From Panacagrimonas sp. (lineage in GTDB: Bacteria > Pseudomonadota > Gammaproteobacteria > Nevskiales > Nevskiaceae), in contig JBQTHL010000056.1 of NCBI GenBank assembly GCA_052389915.1, positions 15,481-47,480 on the forward strand: a DNA stretch of 32,000 bases, written 5' to 3'. Below are positions 16,743 to 22,611 of the stretch, piece after piece; within the stretch, counting starts at the first letter, position 1, and each line of letters begins with the position of its first letter. The position numbers were made by a program, and so were the translations under genes. Under the pieces are notes generated by a model. The model was not told where the DNA came from. It saw only the letters and a program-made list of their open reading frames with translations, and did not search any database.

Positions 16743-16883
16743 GGAGAGCGACGAGACTAACGCGACGCTTTACGACTTGACCGCTCGCGGGCGGTCAGAA
16801 CATTGCGTGAATAATTAGAAACGCGGAAATCAGGCTGTCCCGCTCGCGGGCTTTCTGCTTGACGCTTTGAGGCGGAGGCCCCC

Positions 16884-17657
16884 ATGAAAGCCGTAGATGA
16901 TCTCGACAGTTCTGCCTCGGGTGCTTACGGGCTCAGCTCGTCAAAAGAGCAGCACAAGGCCTACGTCCAGGCGGACCTGCTGGTCATCCCCCTGATCGTG
17001 CTGCTGTTCATGGGCATCTTCAGTTTTCACTTCGCCCTGCTCGTCGGCGACTGGGATTACTGGGTGGACTGGCGCGACCGCCGCTGGTGGCCGCTGGTGA
17101 CGCCGCTGGCGCTCTCAGTACTGCCGGGAGTGTTCGGGTTTCTGCTGTGGGACAAGCTTCGTTTGCCGCTGGGCGGGACGCTCACGATCCTGTGCCTGAC
17201 CCTCGCGGCCTGGATCAGCCGCTATCTCAATTTTTATCTGTTCGCGGATTTCCCGATGAACTTCGTGTGGCCCTCGACCTACATCGGGCTGGGTCTGATT
17301 CTGGACTGCATGCTGCTGCTCACTCGCAGCTTCTTCTGGACCGGGCTGTTCGGCGGGTTTGCCTTCGGTCTGCTGATCTACCCGCTCAACTGGTCGATGC
17401 TGGCGCCGTTCCAGGTGCCGTTGGAACTCAACGGCACCATGCTTACTGTGGCCGATCTCATGGGCTACGAGTACATCCGCACGGCGATTCCCGAATACGT
17501 CCGCATCATCGAGGAGTCAACGCTCAGAACCTTCGGGTCAGCGGTGACGCCGCTGACGGCAGTGTTCGCCGGATTCCTGAACATCATGAACTACTGGTTC
17601 TGGCTGTGGATCGGCTACCTGGGTGCCAAGGCACTCTGGATCCGGAAGATCGTCTGA
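16884..17657 (+). CDS. xmoA: Copper membrane monooxygenase subunit A (PmoA/AmoA family)
   Basis: 257 aa. GDWDYWVDWRDRRWWPLVTP, NFVWPST and YEYIRTAIPEYVRIIEESTLRTFG align by eye with PmoA blocks ([40 protein letters not shown]). GGAGG lies at 16874-16878. Confidence 0.95.
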   Translation: MKAVDDLDSSASGAYGLSSSKEQHKAYVQADLLVIPLIVLLFMGIFSFHFALLVGDWDYWVDWRDRRWWPLVTPLALSVLPGVFGFLLWDKLRLPLGGTLTILCLTLAAWISRYLNFYLFADFPMNFVWPSTYIGLGLILDCMLLLTRSFFWTGLFGGFAFGLLIYPLNWSMLAPFQVPLELNGTMLTVADLMGYEYIRTAIPEYVRIIEESTLRTFGSAVTPLTAVFAGFLNIMNYWFWLWIGYLGAKALWIRKIV

Positions 17658-17667
17658 GGGCGCGACC

Positions 17668-18906
17668 ATGAAACTCCTACGTGCTTTTCTGCTTCCGCTG
17701 CTCGCACTGTGCGCGGGCTACACCCCGACGTTGCTGGCGCACGGCGAACGCGCGCAGATGCCGCAGTTGCGCATGCGCACGGTTCACTGGATCGACGTGC
17801 AGGCCTCCGCTTCCAAGCTGGCCATCAACGACATCGTCAAGATCAGCGGCAAGTTCATGCCGTCGAAGTACTGGCCGCACCATGTGAACTCGATCGAGGA
17901 AACGGCCTTCCTCAACATCGGCGTGCCCGGCCCTGCGTTTGTGCGTCTGGACTCGCGCGTCAACGGCGTGCCGATGATCCGCTCCACTTCGTTTCGCAAG
18001 GGCGAGACCTACGATTTCGAGATCACGCTCAAGGCGCGCAAGGTGGGTCGTTATCACGTCCACACCGTCATCAATGTCGAAGGCGCCGGCCCCATGATCG
18101 GCCCCGGCATGTGGGTCGAAGTGGCGGGCGACGAAGCGGCCTTCCAGAACACCGCCAAGACCCTGCTTGGCGAAACCATCGATCTGGAAACCTACGGCCT
18201 GGGCAACGTCATGTTCTGGTCCGCGCTGTGGTTTGCGGTGGGCCTGTCCTGGTTCATTTACTGGCTGACCAAGTGCCCCATCGTCGTGCCCCGCTTCAAG
18301 CGCACCGCAGAACTGGGCGTCGAGGCCGATCAGATGATCACCCCGATGGACCGGCGCATCGGCGGCATCTTCCTGGTGCTGACCCTGAGCCTGATCGTCG
18401 GCGGCTATGTCTACGCCCAGGAAAAATGGCCCATCACCACCCCTCTCCAGACCGGCAAGATCGACGTTCCCCCGCTCGATCAGCCGCCGACCCCGATCTC
18501 CATCAAGCTCATCGAAGCCCGGTACCGTATTCCCGGCCGCAGCTTCAGGATGGAATTCGACGTCATCAACAACAGTGATCGCCAGGTGACCATCGGCGAA
18601 TTCGCCGCCGGCAACCTGCGCTTCATCAACGCCAAGGTGCTCGACGTCAAACCCAAGGACGAGCACGACCTGGTGGCTTCCGATGCCCTGCGCGTGGAAG
18701 GTGGGCCGGTTGCTGCGGGAGCCACTCAGCGCGTCGTGATCTACGCCGACGACGCCATGTGGGAAACCGAGCGCATGACCACCATGATTTCCTCGCCCGA
18801 TGCGGTCGTGGCCGGCGTGCTGTTCTTCTTCGAGGAAGGCGGCAAGCGGCACTTGGTGGAATTTGGCGGCCCCATGATTCCCGACTTCGGTATGAGCAAG
18901 AGCTGA
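17668..18906 (+). CDS. xmoB: Copper membrane monooxygenase subunit B (PmoB/AmoB family), secreted precursor
   Basis: ORF 17623..18906 trimmed to ATG 17668. The signal peptide MKLLRAFLLPLLALCAGYTPTLLA is followed by HGERAQMPQLRMRTVHWID. YHVHTVINVEGAGPMIGPG aligns along its length by eye with M. capsulatus PmoB (HGEKSQAAFMRMRTIHWYD; WHVHTMMNVQGGGPIIGPG). It has two central TM helices and a C-terminal cupredoxin-like half. Confidence 0.95.
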   Translation: MKLLRAFLLPLLALCAGYTPTLLAHGERAQMPQLRMRTVHWIDVQASASKLAINDIVKISGKFMPSKYWPHHVNSIEETAFLNIGVPGPAFVRLDSRVNGVPMIRSTSFRKGETYDFEITLKARKVGRYHVHTVINVEGAGPMIGPGMWVEVAGDEAAFQNTAKTLLGETIDLETYGLGNVMFWSALWFAVGLSWFIYWLTKCPIVVPRFKRTAELGVEADQMITPMDRRIGGIFLVLTLSLIVGGYVYAQEKWPITTPLQTGKIDVPPLDQPPTPISIKLIEARYRIPGRSFRMEFDVINNSDRQVTIGEFAAGNLRFINAKVLDVKPKDEHDLVASDALRVEGGPVAAGATQRVVIYADDAMWETERMTTMISSPDAVVAGVLFFFEEGGKRHLVEFGGPMIPDFGMSKS

Positions 18907-19523
18907 TGATGCGTCGTCTCGCCCGCGTCCTGGTGTTCGGGTCCGCCGTGCTCGCAACCGCGCCTGCAGGCGCGCACGGCGGCGTGTCCATGGAAGACGA
19001 CAATTGCATCATGAAGATCGGTGCGATGACCGCGCATTTCACCGGCTACCAGCCGGAAAAGCGCGCGACGCAGGAGTTCTGCGAAGACATCCCGGAACTC
19101 GGGCGCGCCATCATTGTCATTGACTACGTCAGCGCCGCGCTGCGTCAGTATGAAGTCGAGTTCCGCGTGCTCAGAGATACTAAGGATCTAAAGTCGCGGG
19201 GACGCTACGAAGACCTCGGAACGCCGGCGGACATCGCAGCAGCCACCCTGATCCACGTGCCGCCGCAGGTGTATCCGCGAGGCACGCTGACCTTCGATCA
19301 GGGCTTCGATGCGCCGGGCTGGTACATCGGGATGATCACCGCCAAGGATCCAGCCACCGGCACGTTGTTGCACTCGGTGTTCCCGTTCAAGGTCGGCGTG
19401 CACAGCCTGTGGCGCTACGCCCCCGCCTTCATGATCGTTTTCGCGCTCGCAGGACTGGCTTATCGACTCACCGGTCGCAAGACAGCTACAGCTAAAGCTA
19501 AAGCTAAAGCAAAAGCAACATGA
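18906..19523 (+). CDS. PmoD/AmoD-like membrane-anchored periplasmic protein (putative copper protein; family assignment tentative)
   Basis: ORF 18759..19523 trimmed to ATG 18906, which overlaps the xmoB stop (TGATG). The signal peptide MMRRLARVLVFGSAVLATAPAGA is followed by HGGVSMEDDNCIMKIGAM. After that comes a soluble domain of about 150 aa, one C-terminal TM helix (YAPAFMIVFALAGLAYRL) and a basic tail. This architecture and its position directly after subunit B match PmoD. Confidence 0.65.
   Translation: MMRRLARVLVFGSAVLATAPAGAHGGVSMEDDNCIMKIGAMTAHFTGYQPEKRATQEFCEDIPELGRAIIVIDYVSAALRQYEVEFRVLRDTKDLKSRGRYEDLGTPADIAAATLIHVPPQVYPRGTLTFDQGFDAPGWYIGMITAKDPATGTLLHSVFPFKVGVHSLWRYAPAFMIVFALAGLAYRLTGRKTATAKAKAKAKAT
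19485..19520 (+). repeat. Hexanucleotide tandem repeat: GCTACA (GCTAAA)x3 GCAAAA GCAACA
   Basis: Read directly. It encodes the tail ATAKAKAKAKAT of the PmoD-like protein and runs into the copC ATG (19520). Its codon choice is AT-rich and atypical for this high-GC window. Confidence 0.85.
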
Positions 19524-19900
19524 GGACGCAGTCACCCCGCATGGCTTTTTGGCTACTCATCGCATGCTCGCTCGGCGCTTACGGATCTGCTGTGTTCGCG
19601 CATGCAGGGCTGGTCAGTTCGGAACCCGGCCGGCGTGCAGTGCTGGCCGCGGCTCCGAAAGAAATTAGATTGTGTTTCAACGAAAACGTCGAAGCGAAGT
19701 TTTCCAAGGTCAGCTTGTACAACGCCGATGGCACCGAGATTCCGCTCGGTGAGCTGAAGGCCGACCCGCAAAAGCCCGCCTGTCTGACTGCGTCGGTCGA
19801 TTCGCTGCCCGGCGGAAGCTACACGATCAAGTATCGTGTTCTGTCGGTCGATGGCCATGTCGTGGATTACGGCTACGGGTTCAAATTAAGCCTGCCCTGA
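19520..19900 (+). CDS. copC: CopC-domain periplasmic copper-binding protein
   Basis: 126 aa. The signal peptide ends ...SAVFA and is followed by HAGLVSSEPG (N-terminal His, as in the HxxLxxSxP CopC start). The C-terminal YRVLSVDGHVVDYGYGF carries the D/H ligand block. ATGA overlap with the upstream gene. Confidence 0.9.
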   Translation: MRTQSPRMAFWLLIACSLGAYGSAVFAHAGLVSSEPGRRAVLAAAPKEIRLCFNENVEAKFSKVSLYNADGTEIPLGELKADPQKPACLTASVDSLPGGSYTIKYRVLSVDGHVVDYGYGFKLSLP

Positions 19901-19907
19901 GGCCGGG

Positions 19908-21869
19908 GTGATCGAATTCCTGTCCGCGGCCTCTCGACTCATCGCGACGGCCGGCGCAGCGTGGATCATCGGTTCGACCTGCTTCAGCCTATGGTGCGCC
20001 CGGATGGATCCGCAGCGTGCAGCCCTGCGCGCGGCGCTGCCCCTGCTGATCGCCGTCGGTCTGGTGGTTCTGGGCCATGCCGGCCTGATGTGGACCCAGG
20101 CGCTCTCGCTCGCCCCCCTCGGCTCCGGTTCGACCGATTGGGAAAGCCTGATCAACGGCACCCATGTCGGGCGAGTGTGGCGGATACGCGCCAGCGTCGC
20201 CGTCCTGCTGCTGTTGTCGGCGCTCGTGGCGACGACATGGGGGCGGGCGCGATGGGCTTGCGCCTCGATGGCGGCGACGTATCTCGCGCTCGGACCCTGG
20301 GGTGGACACGCAGCCGGCGCGGAATCGGCTTGGCAGGTGATGCTGCCCAATGTCATCCATGTTCTCGCCATCTCGGTCTGGGTCGGCGCCCTGCCGTCCT
20401 GGTTCGTGGCGGTGCGACGTTTTGCTCGCGCCGATCCGTCCGCGCTGCCCACGCCGGTTCTTGCGGCCGCCCTGGAGCGATTCTCTCGGTTGGCGATGGT
20501 GTTGATGATCGTCATCGTCGTCACGGGCGTCTGGCTGGCGGATCTCTACATCGACACGCAGGGGGACCTGCTGGGGACGCGCTACGGCGCGCTGATTCTC
20601 GGAAAGCTCGGCTTGCTGGCACTTGCGCTGCTGTTCGCCAACCGGTTGCGAACACGGTTTCTTCCCATGCTGAGATCGGCCGGCGAGGCGACTGGTCAGC
20701 GTCGCCTTGCCGCCTCGGCCTTGCGTCATTTCTGCCCTGAACTGGCCGCGGCTTCCGGCGTCCTGATCTGTGCAGCCTGGCTGGCGCAGACCACCCCAGC
20801 ACTGCACGAGCCCGCGCCGAAGTGGTGGCTGCCGTTCCGCTGGTCATTAGACGCAACCTGGCCGGATTCGTCGCTGCGGGTGTGGTTTCTGGCAGCCTTC
20901 GCAGCCTTGATCCTCGCGGGAGCCGCGGCAACCGGCTCGCGACGTAAAACGCTGCGCATTCCCTCAATGCTGTTGGCGGTAGCCGCGACCAGCGTGTTGG
21001 CCTGGGCGTTCGCCGTCCCGGCTTATCCGAATACCTATCGGCGCTCCCAGGTGCCGTATCTGACGCTGTCCGTGGCCGGCGGGCGCGCGCTGTTCGCCGA
21101 GCACTGCACGGCCTGCCACGGCGCGGGAGGACTCGGAGACGGACCGTTGGCAGCGAAGCTGCCGAAGCCGCCGGCAAATCTGAGCGAGCCGCACACGGCG
21201 CTGCATACGGCTGGCGACATGCACTGGTGGCTCACACACGGTATTCCCGAAAGCGGAATGCCCGCCCTGGGTGCTGTGCTCTCCGAGGACGACCGCTGGG
21301 ACCTGATCAACTTCATGCGCGCCTTCTCGCAAGGTTTCGAAAGCCGGGTGCTGCGCGCCCGCGTGGTTCCCGGCCTGGCCTGGCTTGGGGCGATCAATTT
21401 CTACATCGAGGGCGTGCCGGGACCGGGGGAACTCAAGGGCTATCGCGATACACACAATGTCTTGCTGACCTTTCTCGGCGGACCACATGCCGAAGCTCGC
21501 GCGCGAACGCTCGCCGCTGCGATGCCTGAGTTCCAGTCGCGCCGCACGCAGATTCTCGCGGTGCCGTTGGGCGATGTTCGCCTGCCTGCCGACTTGCCTT
21601 ATCCCGTGCTGAGCACCGCCGCTGCCGAGCTCTGGTCCGCCTACGAGTTGCTCGCGCGCACGGTCGGCGACCGCGGCCTGCCGGACCGGCTGGGCATGGA
21701 TTGGACGGATGCGGAATTCCTCATCGATCGTTTCGGCTACGTGCGTGCGCGCTGGATTGCGCAGGACGACCCGGAGGGGTGGACCGACCCCGTCAGGCTG
21801 TACCCGGAACTGGATCGGCTCAATGCCGAACCGCGCTTGCGTCCGCCCCCGGACGATCACATTCACTGA
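19908..21869 (+). CDS. copD: CopD-family membrane protein fused to a c-type cytochrome domain and a C-terminal thioredoxin-fold-like domain lacking CxxC
   Basis: 653 aa with a GTG start 7 nt after the copC stop. The N-terminal ~300 aa are polytopic (CopD-like), followed by two more TM helices. The haem motif is FAEHCTACHGAGGLGDGP (Cys400/Cys403/His404, nt 21105-21119), with GIPESGMPA as the likely axial Met. The C-terminal ~170 aa contains NVLLTFLGG...ILAVPLG...AEFLIDRFGYVRARWI, which resembles the peroxiredoxin/TlpA fold but has no Cys pair. Confidence 0.85.
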   Translation: MIEFLSAASRLIATAGAAWIIGSTCFSLWCARMDPQRAALRAALPLLIAVGLVVLGHAGLMWTQALSLAPLGSGSTDWESLINGTHVGRVWRIRASVAVLLLLSALVATTWGRARWACASMAATYLALGPWGGHAAGAESAWQVMLPNVIHVLAISVWVGALPSWFVAVRRFARADPSALPTPVLAAALERFSRLAMVLMIVIVVTGVWLADLYIDTQGDLLGTRYGALILGKLGLLALALLFANRLRTRFLPMLRSAGEATGQRRLAASALRHFCPELAAASGVLICAAWLAQTTPALHEPAPKWWLPFRWSLDATWPDSSLRVWFLAAFAALILAGAAATGSRRKTLRIPSMLLAVAATSVLAWAFAVPAYPNTYRRSQVPYLTLSVAGGRALFAEHCTACHGAGGLGDGPLAAKLPKPPANLSEPHTALHTAGDMHWWLTHGIPESGMPALGAVLSEDDRWDLINFMRAFSQGFESRVLRARVVPGLAWLGAINFYIEGVPGPGELKGYRDTHNVLLTFLGGPHAEARARTLAAAMPEFQSRRTQILAVPLGDVRLPADLPYPVLSTAAAELWSAYELLARTVGDRGLPDRLGMDWTDAEFLIDRFGYVRARWIAQDDPEGWTDPVRLYPELDRLNAEPRLRPPPDDHIH

Positions 21870-21887
21870 AACACTCAGGAGACAACC

Positions 21888-22388
21888 ATGCAACGATCCC
21901 CCGCTCTTTTTATTCTCGCGCTGCTCGCCAGCAGCGTATCGCTTGGCGCGCGGGCAGGCGGCGACGCGGCGCACGATCACCATCAGCATCACCAAGGGCA
22001 CGGACAACACCCGGCCGATGGCGCGGCGGGCAAGGGTGCCACCGAGGTTCCACCGCTGCGCATCCTGTTTCCCGAGTCCGGCGCCAAGGTCGGGACGCAG
22101 CTTGCCGTGGTGTTCGAAACGCCCGGCGAAATGGCACGGCTGACCATGAGCGCGCCGGTGGTGGGTACTCATCTGCATATCGAAACCGACGGTATTTCCC
22201 TGATGCCGAGTGAGAACCAGCTCATCCGGCTCGGTGGAAACCGTTACGTGTTCGTGTTCGACCTGCCGGTCAGCGCGGGCGAGCGCAGCCTGCGGGTGTA
22301 TTGGTCGGATGGCATGCACCGGACCATCGATTCGAGCATGCAGACGGTCAAGGTGATCGTCGAGGGCGCGATCAGTCCTGGAAAGTGA
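21888..22388 (+). CDS. Secreted His-rich protein, DUF4399-like (putative periplasmic metal binding)
   Basis: 166 aa with AGGAG RBS. The signal peptide MQRSPALFILALLASSVSLGARA is followed by the His cluster HDHHQHHQGHGQH (nt 21972-22010). The blocks VGTHLHIETDG and GERSLRVYWSDGMH resemble the DUF4399 GHHHL..D / GEH.L.L...D..H pattern as I remember it. Confidence 0.6.
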   Translation: MQRSPALFILALLASSVSLGARAGGDAAHDHHQHHQGHGQHPADGAAGKGATEVPPLRILFPESGAKVGTQLAVVFETPGEMARLTMSAPVVGTHLHIETDGISLMPSENQLIRLGGNRYVFVFDLPVSAGERSLRVYWSDGMHRTIDSSMQTVKVIVEGAISPGK

Positions 22389-22611
22389 AGTAGGAAGGGA
22401 ACGGCGGCAGGAGAATCCTGTCGCGCGCCTGCGCGTCCGACGCTTCGCAGGTCGACGCTGATCGCTTGCGCACGGCGTCCACCGCCCGAGCGCGTCCACG
22501 AGGCAGGCACCCGCTGGTCGGGGCGCTTCGCCCGCCGGTCCGAACTGGCATCAATCCAATCTATTCCCGGTATGATGTTGTTCTAACAAACATTTGGTAT
22601 GGAGAGTAAGG

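Noticed and set aside
16633-16818. 61-aa ORF spanning the xmoC 3-prime end and the C-A spacer as a candidate small protein.
   Set aside because: It starts inside xmoC in another frame, is Arg-rich, has no RBS, and coincides with the hairpin-forming repeats, so the RNA-structure explanation is preferred.
15897-18906. Calling the operon particulate methane monooxygenase (pmoCAB) or ammonia monooxygenase (amoCAB) outright.
   Set aside because: Substrate cannot be read from the sequence by eye. The window contains no methanol, formaldehyde or hydroxylamine genes, and the neighbourhood is fatty-acid catabolism. I used the neutral xmo designation.
21888-22388. Annotating the last operon gene as a PCuAC (DUF461) copper chaperone, as in methanotroph extended pmo operons.
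   Set aside because: The H(M)x10Mx21HxM PCuAC ligand pattern is not present. The sequence looks more DUF4399-like with an added His cluster.
22541-22611. Sigma-54 promoter (TGGCA at 22547-22551) or an operator (ATGTT-N9-AACAT, about 22572-22590) upstream of the DUF1302 gene.
   Set aside because: No TTGC element sits at the correct 5-nt spacing after TGGCA. The inverted repeat has only 5-bp arms with mismatched interior, so it is too weak to report. TATGAT at 22570-22575 is a possible -10 without a convincing -35.
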